From Bifidobacterium longum subsp. longum JCM 1217 (lineage in GTDB: Bacteria > Actinomycetota > Actinomycetes > Actinomycetales > Bifidobacteriaceae): a DNA stretch of 32,000 nt. The DNA is taken from assembly GCF_000196555.1 (NCBI RefSeq), contig NC_015067.1, positions 1,920,001-1,952,000 on the forward strand, given 5' to 3'. Positions 1 to 8,155 of the stretch are shown in pieces. Below the pieces are notes generated by a model. It did no database searches. It saw nothing but the letters and a program-made list of their open reading frames with translations, and was not told the origin of the DNA. The position numbers were made by a program, and so were the translations under genes. Position 1 is the first letter of the stretch; each line of letters begins with the position of its first letter.

Positions 1-1
1 G

Positions 2-571
2 TTCACCGGCAATGCCGGTGTGTTCTGCTGGTGGAGCTACGTCTCCCCTTGGCTGCAGAAAACCGGCGGATGGTCGTCTTCCCTGGTGCCGATGCTGATG
101 ATGCTTGCCGGCTTTGGTATGGTCATCGGCGGTCTGCTTGGAGGTCGTCTGACCGACCATTGGAGGCATGCCGGCGCGGCCGCAATAGGTCAGTCCATCT
201 CCTGCCTCGGCTTGTTGCTGGTGCTTATCACTCCGGGTAATCAGCCGATGACCGCTGTACTGACGTTCTGGATCGCCATCGGATTGTTCTTTACTTCCGC
301 TCCACAGCAATTGCTGATGACCGAAGCCGGCCAGGGCGGCGGCGAGCTGATCGCCGGCGCGGCTGTACAGGTGGCGTTTAACTTCGGCAATGCCATCGGC
401 TCGATTGTCGGCGGCGCGATGCTCACCACCTTCTCGATGAACTATCGCTATACCGGCCTGGGCGGTATGCCGCTGGCTCTGCTTGCCGTAGGGCTGCTGG
501 CCTTCTACTCGTGGCGCTGCGAAACCGATACCGACGCCATTCACCGCTTGCGCGAAACCAAGGTGGACTGA
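2..571 (+). CDS. MFS-type transporter, C-terminal half (5' end lies upstream of the window)
   Basis: The frame is open from the window edge to TGA at 569-571. The translation is a run of hydrophobic helices (GFGMVIGGLLGGRLTD, FWIAIGLFF, VQVAFNFGNAIGSIVGGAML, LALLAVGLLAFY) typical of the second six-helix bundle of MFS efflux/sugar permeases. Third-position GC is high. Confidence 0.6.
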   Translation, partial: FTGNAGVFCWWSYVSPWLQKTGGWSSSLVPMLMMLAGFGMVIGGLLGGRLTDHWRHAGAAAIGQSISCLGLLLVLITPGNQPMTAVLTFWIAIGLFFTSAPQQLLMTEAGQGGGELIAGAAVQVAFNFGNAIGSIVGGAMLTTFSMNYRYTGLGGMPLALLAVGLLAFYSWRCETDTDAIHRLRETKVD

Positions 572-657
572 GACCAAGCTCACAGCAAACTCCCTGACGT
601 GTTTGTTCACAGTATTAATAGACTGAAATCAGACACGATTCAGGGAGGTCTGGCGGT

Positions 658-3021
658 ATGGATGAGGAAGCACTGCTCAAACAATTCGCCGCGCAATTCG
701 CGCATGGTCCAGACGATGCCGACGACACCGATGCGGCGGCCGCAGCACAAGGTGCCGATTCCACGGCGAACCAGGTTGCGGACGATGCCGATCAATCGCC
801 CGCAACCTTTGATACCCAACAATTCCTGAACGGACTGGACGCGATTTTCGATCGCCACACGGCCGCCACCGAAGCCGGCCCGTACTTGGAACAGGCGATG
901 GTGGACGCGGAAAACGCCGGCGACGAGGCCGGACTGCTCACCGTGCTCAACGAAACGATGGGCTTCTATCGCTCGCAAGGTCGGCACAAGGAGAATCAGT
1001 GGATTGTGCAGCGAGCGCTGGAACTGGCCGCTCGTATGGGCTTGACCACCGGCACATCCGAGGCGTGGGCCACCACGCTAATCAATTGCGCCACCTCGAT
1101 GCGCGCGGCCAAACAATACGATCAGGCCGAGGATTTGTATCATCAGGCGCAGAGTGTCTGCCGGCATTCGCTGGTGCCCACCGACCGTAGGCTCGCAGCA
1201 CTGCACAACAATCTGTCGATGCTCTACAGCGAGACGAATCGGCCCGACAAGGCGGAACTGGAGTTGCGTGAAGCGCTGCGCATTATCGAAGCCTCGAGCG
1301 TGAACCCGGACGCGGATATCGACGTGTCCAGCTCGCACACGAATCTGGCGTTGACCCTGCTGACCGAACACAAGTTGGAGGACGCGCATTGGCATGCAGC
1401 CAAGGCGCTGGAAATCTATCGCACCGGCCATCTGGAACATTCCGCGCATTATGCCTCCGCACTGGCGGGCTTCGCGCAGGTGTGCTTTGCCGAGAGACGG
1501 TATGCGGATGCGGTTACTGGATACCGGCATGCGCTGGCCGTGATCGAGGAATGTTACGGCAAGGACACCGATTACTGGCGTATCACCGCCGACAATCTGC
1601 GGCAGGCCGAGGAAGCGGCGGCGCAGGCCGGGGTGACGGTTGACAATGCAGGTGTTGCCGGCGATGCAGGCGCGCTGCCCCAGTCCGGCTCGCGGCTGCC
1701 GAACAGCCCGGCACAGGGCAAGACCGGTGCGAACGCGGCATCTTCCCCATCCACCGTTTCGGTGTCGACCGGTTCTGCGGGCGCGGCCGAGGCCGTTTCC
1801 GCATGCCCGGTGTCCGGACTGAAGCTGGCCCGCGCGTTCTGGACGCAGATGGGCAAGCCGATGATTGCGGCGAAGTATCCGCAGTATGCCGGGCGTATCG
1901 CCGCCGGTCTGGTGGGTCATGGCTCGGAATGCTACGGATTCGATGATGCGTATTCGCAGGACCACGATTTCGGCCCGCGCTTCTGCCTGTGGCTTACGGA
2001 TGAGGATTACGCGGCGATCGGCGAGCAACTTGAGGTCGATTACGAGGCACTGCCGCGCAAGTTCAGCGTGGATGCGCAAGGCCGCGTGACGTTCGAGGCG
2101 CATGCCAGGTCCGATGCTTCCGGAGCATTCCCCTCCGCAGGTGCAGGCTCCACCGTCATACCCGATGCGGCAAACGCACCCACCCCCGGCACCGCTACGC
2201 ACGATACCGCCACTGCCGAGTCAGGCGCGGCGTCCTCTGATGTGGCGGAAGCGATGACGACTCCGATTGATGCACCGCTCTCCCCCGTCACGCCGCGCGC
2301 ACAGGGCACGAATCGCCGTGACGGCGTGTTCCGCATCGGTGACTTCTTTGAGTCGATCACCGGGTATCACACTGCGCCGGCGCAGACCGCGCCGCATGAG
2401 TGGCTAATGCTTCAGGAATCGACCTTGGCCGCCGCCACCAATGGCGAGGTGTTCGCCGATCCCACCGGTCTGTTTTCCAAGACGCGCCAAGGGTTCAAGA
2501 ACATGCCCGACGATGTGCGGCTCGCGCTGATCTCCAAGCGACTCGGCATGATCGCCCAGGCCGGTCAATATAATCTGCCGCGTTCGTTGAAGCGCGGCGA
2601 CGGCGCGGCCGCATGGCTGTCCATCCACGAGTTCGTGCAGGCCACCGCCTCGTTGGTGTTCCTGGTTAACGTGCCGATGGTGGTGGGCTATATGCCGTAT
2701 TACAAGTGGCAGTTCGCAGCATTGCGCAAGCTGTCTGGCTCGATGTTCGCGCTGTTGCCGAACGTGGGCGAACAGTTGGAAACCGTGATGCGATTGAGTT
2801 CGGCAGCCTGCTATGGCGGGGCCGGATTTGGCGAAGGCGGCAAGGGCGCGGCTCCAGCAATCGAGAAAATCAACGATATTGTGGAGCAGATTGCGGTGGA
2901 TATCGTCAAGGAACTCAAACGCGAACACCTGACCACGTCCGGCGAGACCTTCCTCGAATGGCAGCGCCCGTATGTCGAGGACCACATCGCCTCTGATGAT
3001 CCGGTGCTTAAAAGTTTGTAG
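658..3021 (+). CDS. TPR-repeat protein fused to a DUF4037 (nucleotidyltransferase-like) domain, 787 aa
   Basis: ATG at 658 follows GGGAGG (643-648). The N-terminal 330 aa carry kinesin-light-chain-like TPR repeats (LHNNLSMLYSETNRPDKAELELREALRI, HTNLALTLLTEHKLEDAHWHAAKALEI, ALAGFAQVCFAERRYADAVTGYRHALAV). Ala/Gly/Ser-rich linkers follow. The motif GLVGHGSECYGFDDAYSQDHDFGPRF then matches what I recall as the DUF4037 signature. Domain names are from memory, not from a search. Confidence 0.75.
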   Translation: MDEEALLKQFAAQFAHGPDDADDTDAAAAAQGADSTANQVADDADQSPATFDTQQFLNGLDAIFDRHTAATEAGPYLEQAMVDAENAGDEAGLLTVLNETMGFYRSQGRHKENQWIVQRALELAARMGLTTGTSEAWATTLINCATSMRAAKQYDQAEDLYHQAQSVCRHSLVPTDRRLAALHNNLSMLYSETNRPDKAELELREALRIIEASSVNPDADIDVSSSHTNLALTLLTEHKLEDAHWHAAKALEIYRTGHLEHSAHYASALAGFAQVCFAERRYADAVTGYRHALAVIEECYGKDTDYWRITADNLRQAEEAAAQAGVTVDNAGVAGDAGALPQSGSRLPNSPAQGKTGANAASSPSTVSVSTGSAGAAEAVSACPVSGLKLARAFWTQMGKPMIAAKYPQYAGRIAAGLVGHGSECYGFDDAYSQDHDFGPRFCLWLTDEDYAAIGEQLEVDYEALPRKFSVDAQGRVTFEAHARSDASGAFPSAGAGSTVIPDAANAPTPGTATHDTATAESGAASSDVAEAMTTPIDAPLSPVTPRAQGTNRRDGVFRIGDFFESITGYHTAPAQTAPHEWLMLQESTLAAATNGEVFADPTGLFSKTRQGFKNMPDDVRLALISKRLGMIAQAGQYNLPRSLKRGDGAAAWLSIHEFVQATASLVFLVNVPMVVGYMPYYKWQFAALRKLSGSMFALLPNVGEQLETVMRLSSAACYGGAGFGEGGKGAAPAIEKINDIVEQIAVDIVKELKREHLTTSGETFLEWQRPYVEDHIASDDPVLKSL

Positions 3022-3026
3022 ATTCA

Positions 3027-3077
3027 AGCTCCCTCTGCCACGGCTTCGCCGTGCCACCTCCCTCATCAGAGGGAGGT
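3027..3077. repeat. Palindromic intergenic element, copy 1 (CTCCCTC module + TTCG-loop hairpin + CCTCCCTC-ATCA-GAGGGAGG hairpin)
   Basis: AGCTCCCTCTG (3027-3037); hairpin CACGGC-TTCG-CCGTG (3039-3053); hairpin CCTCCCTC-ATCA-GAGGGAGG (3057-3076). Related copies lie at 10141-10170 and 21047-21110. The 3' arm GAGGGAGG is also the only Shine-Dalgarno candidate for the GTG at 3082. Confidence 0.7.
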
Positions 3078-3081
3078 ATCA

Positions 3082-3729
3082 GTGAAAGGAACGTCGATGA
3101 CCAACGAACTGACTGATGATGAACTGCGCGAGGCTATTGTGCGTCATGAATGGGATCAGTTCCAGCGCACCAACAATGAGGGTGGACGCGCGGCATGCCA
3201 AGGCAACTGGCCGGTGTTCCACCAGATGCGGTTGGCCCAGTTCCTCACATGGGAGCGGCCATTACTCACCAGCTATGCCGCTGATCTTGACGCGGCCGAC
3301 CACGTGGGCCGCAACCTCGTGACCGAAAAATACGGCCGCATGATGGCCTCCACCGCACCGGAAAATTTCACGAAGAACATAGAGCCGTATATTCCGCGTC
3401 TCTCTGAAGAGCGCGCGGCCCGTCAGGAACAGGTCATCGCCCAGCAGGTCGCCTGGGCCAAGGATTTCCGCGAGCGCTACCCCAAGCTCGGCGAGGCGAT
3501 GCGCGCACTCACCACCACCGAAGACACACCATCTGCCACCTCATTCGAAACCTATCTGCGCGGCGAGCTTGGTACGTATTCCGACCAGACCTTCGAACGT
3601 TACGAAGCGATGATTGGCGAGCGCGCCGCAGCCAGCCCGCAACGCAATATCACTGAGGAAACCTTGTTGCACACAGTCCAGCTCGGCGGTTTCGACACCT
3701 TAGAGGAGGCCGAAGCCTCCCAAGCGTAA
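3082..3729 (+). CDS. DUF4125-family protein (unknown function), 215 aa; alternative start ATG 3097
   Basis: GTG 3082 lies 5 nt after GGGAGG. ATG 3097 lies after AAAGGAAC. Motifs EWDQFQRTNNEGGRAACQ, GRNLVTEKYGRMMAST and TSFETYLRGELGTYS match my recollection of the DUF4125 family, which is commonly adjacent to DUF4037 genes. Confidence 0.7.
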   Translation: MKGTSMTNELTDDELREAIVRHEWDQFQRTNNEGGRAACQGNWPVFHQMRLAQFLTWERPLLTSYAADLDAADHVGRNLVTEKYGRMMASTAPENFTKNIEPYIPRLSEERAARQEQVIAQQVAWAKDFRERYPKLGEAMRALTTTEDTPSATSFETYLRGELGTYSDQTFERYEAMIGERAAASPQRNITEETLLHTVQLGGFDTLEEAEASQA

Positions 3730-3878
3730 TACTCAGCCATTCACTGTGTATCGGACACCCCGACTGATGTACGTCGGCCGGCCATACCCAGGCCAACGCA
3801 ATCTGCCGATCGCCCCACACCCAGACCACCAACGCAGCCTGCCCGCCAGGCCCCATTTACCAGCGCACATCGGCAGAA

Positions 3879-5480
3879 TTACAGCGAGAATAGGCCCCAA
3901 AATGCCAGTGTCATCAGTGTGGCGAGAGTGCCGAGCGCTACCATCACGCATATGACGCGCCGCACACCGACGATATCGGCGCGGCAATACCAGACACGTT
4001 CCATTTCCCAAGCAAACAGCACCACCAACAGCATGGTCGCTATTCGCAGCACCACCCATCCGACGGCAAACAGCCGCGGTTGAGGCATAACCAATACAGC
4101 CGATACGCCTACGGCGCTCATATAGCCGTACAACAGCCCAGTAATCACCATCACCGCTGTGCCGATACCGGCAGATAAGCCGGCAATGCCGTGCAACATG
4201 CGCCGCTGGGCGGCCCCCAGCTCACTCGGCGTCGCATGCACGGCCCGCACAGTCGCCACACTACGTCGCCCGGCCAGCAACGTCTGTAGCCAAGAAAACA
4301 CAGTCAAGCCAATACCTAATATCGCCGCCATCACGATCAGCACGGGCCCTGCCACCATCAGACCGGCCAGCACGCCAAGCGAGCCGACGATACCGGATCT
4401 GGTACGTTGCGACGCGGCGAAGCGCTGGTGAGGTGTTGCACCGGCGACTTGAGGCGTTGCCCATCCATCGGCTTTGGTTCCGGCAGTCACACCGTTCACC
4501 CAATTTTCCAGCGCTTGCGTATAGCCTTCGGCCAATGGCAGGTTCGGGGTGAATAAGCCCTCACCAGCCCGCATCTGATGGTTGCCGGCAAAATAGCGTA
4601 CGGTGACGTTCTCGTTGCCGGACTTGTTGGCCGTAGCGATGATCCGCTGCGCCCCCTGTTCGATGGGCATGGCCGTATCGTAGGTGCCGTAGTTCACCAG
4701 CACCGGCATGGTGAGGGATTTCAGATACCGGTCGGCATCAAAGTCGGCATAGGCTAGATCAAATGGCGCGTAGTCCAGCGACATCAATTTGGCCATGTCT
4801 TTGACCACGGGCTTGGGCGCGCCGGCCTCATGCGTATAGGCGCTGACAGCCATGGCCATTTGCTCACGTCCATTGAACACCGGTGCGGATGTAAGTACGG
4901 CAAAGGCAATGTCTTGCCGTTTCGAGGTTAGAATCGTGGCGATCCAGGTGCCTTCGGATTCGGCGTAGATGCCGGTTTTGGCGGGGTCCACGCCGATTCT
5001 GCCACGCAACACGTCGAGCGAACGCCCGTATTCGCGAGCAAAACGCGGGTAGTCGCGATGCAGCACGGTGTAGTTGTCGTTGCGCTTGGCCGGCACCAAG
5101 GTCACGATACCGGCAGAGGCCATGGCGTTGGCGATATCGCCGAAATCCTCGGCACCACTGGTACCGGACCCGTGAATGAACAGACAAGCCGGGCGTGGCC
5201 CGGGAGCGCCGACCGGTTCACGTAGTACGGCGGGTAGCGTGACGCCGTCGCCGGTCTTGATGGATAGTCGGGTTTCACGCGTACGATATCGCCCCTCGTG
5301 GGGAATGTTCGCATGGGCAGGGGTGATGGTGGTGTCGGCAGAAGCGATAACGATGTGCTTGGTGTAGGGCCGTGTGTTCCATTGCGGCATCATCGCCCAG
5401 CCAAGTGTGGCGAATACCAGCGTCATCGCCATCGCGGTGACGATGACGCTCGCTACCCGCCGCACCGAAATCCGCTTCAT
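3879..5480 (-). CDS. Membrane-anchored alpha/beta-hydrolase fused to a C-terminal polytopic (about 5-6 TM) domain
   Basis: The preferred start is ATG 5480 (MKRISVRRVASVIVTAMAMTLVF, a signal-anchor), preceded by GGGGGAGG 12 nt upstream. The track ORF extends to 5606, but that extension has no RBS. HGSGTSG and the nucleophile-elbow-like YAESEGTW sit in the N-terminal 360 aa. The last 200 aa are hydrophobic helices (GVLAGLMVAGPVLIVMAAILGIGLTVF, IAGLSAGIGTAVMVITGLLYGY, VGWVVLRIATMLLVVLFAW, ICVMVALGTLATLMTLAFWGLF). Confidence 0.7.
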   Translation of the reverse strand: MKRISVRRVASVIVTAMAMTLVFATLGWAMMPQWNTRPYTKHIVIASADTTITPAHANIPHEGRYRTRETRLSIKTGDGVTLPAVLREPVGAPGPRPACLFIHGSGTSGAEDFGDIANAMASAGIVTLVPAKRNDNYTVLHRDYPRFAREYGRSLDVLRGRIGVDPAKTGIYAESEGTWIATILTSKRQDIAFAVLTSAPVFNGREQMAMAVSAYTHEAGAPKPVVKDMAKLMSLDYAPFDLAYADFDADRYLKSLTMPVLVNYGTYDTAMPIEQGAQRIIATANKSGNENVTVRYFAGNHQMRAGEGLFTPNLPLAEGYTQALENWVNGVTAGTKADGWATPQVAGATPHQRFAASQRTRSGIVGSLGVLAGLMVAGPVLIVMAAILGIGLTVFSWLQTLLAGRRSVATVRAVHATPSELGAAQRRMLHGIAGLSAGIGTAVMVITGLLYGYMSAVGVSAVLVMPQPRLFAVGWVVLRIATMLLVVLFAWEMERVWYCRADIVGVRRVICVMVALGTLATLMTLAFWGLFSL

Positions 5481-5583
5481 AGTTACTATGCCTCCCCCCA
5501 TCAGCATAGAACGGTCGGCTCTTATCGGTCGGCTCCCGTCATAATGTGCTTCTACTGGGACCGTAATGCAATGGTTTGTAACG

Positions 5584-6291
5584 CTATTTTCTCTTCTTGA
5601 CGGCACCGACTATGGCCCATACAACGGCCACTATTACCAGAATCAGTCCCACTACGGCGCAAATAACAGCCGTCAGCAATTGCGGATTCGGCGAGAACAA
5701 CGAAATCATCCGATCCGGAGATATGTACCCGAAAACCAGCGCGATCACGCCGATAATCACGCCTAATAGTCCGAATACCACAGTAGGCGCGCTGGTGCTC
5801 TGTTTCTGGATGTTCTTGGCACTCTTGACATCCTTAGCATTCTGGACGTTCTTGGCGCTCTGGACGTTCTTGGCGCTTCCCCCAGGCTGGCATGGTTTGC
5901 CGGCGGTCTGAGACTGCCCATAGGGAGGTCGTGCTGAAGATGCTGCGTACATCGGCACATCATCGGCAGATGGAATCGGCCCACCATCTCCCTCCACGGC
6001 ATCGGCAACTGTTTCCAGGGCAATCCGATCTGTGGTTGGTTCGATGGGCGATGGAGAGGCAGCTGTTGCCTGCGTATCCACATCCGAGACCGACGCATCC
6101 GCATGATTGTCGGGGACGGGCAGCACAGCCGTTTCGTCATCATCCGCTGCGGATGGCAGCACCGTGGTATCGGTTCGGTCATCGACGGTCACCATGGTTG
6201 TGGTCGCGGTGGTCGCGTCGGTTTCGGAAGGTATGGCCGTGGTCGGTGTCGCATCCTCAATGGAGGCGAATTCCTTGGTTTCATCAGTCAT
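5584..6291 (-). CDS. Hypothetical acidic Thr/Asp/Ala-rich protein with two C-terminal TM helices
   Basis: ATG 6291 is preceded by AGGAGA (gcaactAGGAGAtggaatcATG). The N-terminal 150 aa are low-complexity and acidic. A SAKNVQ-type repeat follows, then VVFGLLGVIIGVIALVFGY and LLTAVICAVVGLILVIVAVVWAIVGAV, ending KKRK. I recognise no family. Confidence 0.55.
   Translation of the reverse strand: MTDETKEFASIEDATPTTAIPSETDATTATTTMVTVDDRTDTTVLPSAADDDETAVLPVPDNHADASVSDVDTQATAASPSPIEPTTDRIALETVADAVEGDGGPIPSADDVPMYAASSARPPYGQSQTAGKPCQPGGSAKNVQSAKNVQNAKDVKSAKNIQKQSTSAPTVVFGLLGVIIGVIALVFGYISPDRMISLFSPNPQLLTAVICAVVGLILVIVAVVWAIVGAVKKRK
5807..5878. repeat. Four tandem copies of an 18-bp unit inside the CDS (encodes the NAKDVK/SAKNIQ/SAKNVQ hexapeptide series)
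   Basis: TGGATGTTCTTGGCACTC / TTGACATCCTTAGCATTC / TGGACGTTCTTGGCGCTC / TGGACGTTCTTGGCGCTT, read directly from the + strand. Confidence 0.8.
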
Positions 6292-6320
6292 GATTCCATC
6301 TCCTAGTTGCAACGGCTTGA

Positions 6321-8042
6321 TCATTCCGATTGTTCGGTTGTGTTCTTGCTTGTACTGTTGCCGTCGTATATATCGGCAAGCGGCTGGAACGTAGAGCCTT
6401 CCCAATCGGAGGCGTACACCACGTTGACACGTGCTTCCACCACATAGGGAATATTGATTTTTAATTCTGGGCCGTTGTCCGGCATGGCGGATTCCTTATA
6501 CAACCATTCGTGATCAGGCCCATTGGTGGCACTTTCAGCTTCGAAGAAAACAAAGCTTGGACCCATGTAGTTGTTGTATACCATCTCGTATTTGCCGCCA
6601 ACGTCACTCGAAGTGGAGTAGTAGGAGTCGGCGGTGCCGAAGGCGTAAGTGCAGGAATCCGGCAGAACGATATGCACTTGCGCCTGTGTTGCGGCTATGG
6701 TGATGGTACCGACCGGGCAATTACTGATGGAAGTTTTGCCATCCAGCATCTTCACCGTGTGCGGTCCATGTGTCTTGTCCCAATCGGACCAATCAATGAT
6801 TGCCTGATCGGTGTTGTAGTTTTCACCGCTGAACGCCACACCTTGCTGCAATGTTTCAAACGTGGCATCGCTGGCATCGGCAACGAAGATGCCATCCTTT
6901 TGCACATCGTTCATGCCGTCGCTGTTTCTCGCACTGACAGATTGGCTCAGTGAAACAACAGTATTGATGCCGCTGGCACCAAGATCACGGTAGTACACGC
7001 CATACGTGCCTGAAACGATGGTCATGCAGAGCGCGCATCCACCGGCAACCAGTCCGAGAGGAATCAGACCACCGGTACGCCGTCCTCTGAATCCGAGAAT
7101 GATGACCACCAGCCCCATCACTATGCATACTGCGGCAATCCAGATGGTGCCCAGACGCATAATGCCGATAATGCCCATGTCGTTTACCCAAATCAGTCCC
7201 ATCAGACCGGCAAAGGAGAGGAAGGTAAGGCCCAGTATGCTCAAGACCACGATTGGGCCCGCCGGCTTGCGGCGCTTGGACTCGGTGGGGGCATAGGCCG
7301 TCGCATTCATACGGTCGGGGGCAAACGGCCCGTTGGGTACTGTGCCGGGCATCGCGCCGGGCACAGTACCCGGCATCACGCTGGGCATCGACTGATAGAC
7401 AGGCTGTGAAACAGGCTGTGAAACACTAGGCGCGGTTTGTGAAACAGGCTGTGAAACAGGTTGTGGAAAAGGTTGCGGAGCTGAATACAAAGGAGATTGA
7501 GGTACTGGTTGCGCGGCTGGATATGAGACAGGCTGTGGAGCTGGATATGACACAGGCTGTGAAACCGGTCGCGGCGCAGATGCCCCGAATCCGTACCCTT
7601 CCTGCTGGCGAATGCCGCTTTTGGCCAACAGCCATAGCGCTAAGGCGGCGAGCGCAATACAACCCCACCCCGCACCTGGAATCACGATTGCCACGGCGAG
7701 GAACAGGAAGCATCCCAGACAATTCCAGTCCCATTGGCCGGCAATGAGGTCCTCGGCCAAGATGTGCCCATCGCGTACATCCGGCATCAGAAACCAGCCG
7801 AGTGCGTACAGAGCTGCGCCAAAACCGAAGAACAATGTACATACAATCACCAACGCACGTACTAATGTGGGGCTCCAGCCAAGCCGTAAAGCGATGCCGC
7901 TGCATACGCCGCCGATCCACCGGTCGTCGCCGCGAACCAGTCCACTGGATCGCACCCAAGTGAAGAAGCGTCGCGATGTCTTGTTTTTTTGCGGACCAGG
8001 CTGCGGCTGTGGCTGATATGGATTCGCGTTTGGATTGCTCAT
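6321..8042 (-). CDS. PspC-domain membrane protein with proline-rich linker, multi-TM region and about 230-aa extracytoplasmic C-terminal domain
   Basis: The preferred start is ATG 8042 (MSNPNANPYQPQPQ). The upstream extension to 8177 is Cys/Arg-rich and would overlap the divergent kinase gene. FFTWVRSSGLVRGDDRWIGGVCSGIALRLGWSPTLVRALVIVCTLFFGFGAALYALGWFLMPD is a canonical PspC domain. A PVSQ/PVSY/PQPV repeat block is encoded at about 7395-7575. Confidence 0.8.
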   Translation of the reverse strand: MSNPNANPYQPQPQPGPQKNKTSRRFFTWVRSSGLVRGDDRWIGGVCSGIALRLGWSPTLVRALVIVCTLFFGFGAALYALGWFLMPDVRDGHILAEDLIAGQWDWNCLGCFLFLAVAIVIPGAGWGCIALAALALWLLAKSGIRQQEGYGFGASAPRPVSQPVSYPAPQPVSYPAAQPVPQSPLYSAPQPFPQPVSQPVSQTAPSVSQPVSQPVYQSMPSVMPGTVPGAMPGTVPNGPFAPDRMNATAYAPTESKRRKPAGPIVVLSILGLTFLSFAGLMGLIWVNDMGIIGIMRLGTIWIAAVCIVMGLVVIILGFRGRRTGGLIPLGLVAGGCALCMTIVSGTYGVYYRDLGASGINTVVSLSQSVSARNSDGMNDVQKDGIFVADASDATFETLQQGVAFSGENYNTDQAIIDWSDWDKTHGPHTVKMLDGKTSISNCPVGTITIAATQAQVHIVLPDSCTYAFGTADSYYSTSSDVGGKYEMVYNNYMGPSFVFFEAESATNGPDHEWLYKESAMPDNGPELKINIPYVVEARVNVVYASDWEGSTFQPLADIYDGNSTSKNTTEQSE

Positions 8043-8080
8043 GATTCCATTACACCGCCCGACCACTGCCACAACGCTCG

Positions 8081-8109
8081 GGGAACACCCTGATTGTTCC
8101 CTGAACACC
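8081..8109. promoter_or_regulatory. Candidate operator in the divergent PspC-protein / PspC-kinase promoter region
   Basis: A perfect 7-bp inverted repeat GGGAACA-N7-TGTTCCC spans 8081-8101. A direct repeat GAACACC sits at 8083-8089 and 8103-8109, 20 bp apart. The region lies in the 113-bp gap between the two divergent starts. Confidence 0.35.
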
Positions 8110-8155
8110 GGGTAAAACCCCGGCCGCAACGCCCTGAGCGCGGCACAATAGGAGT

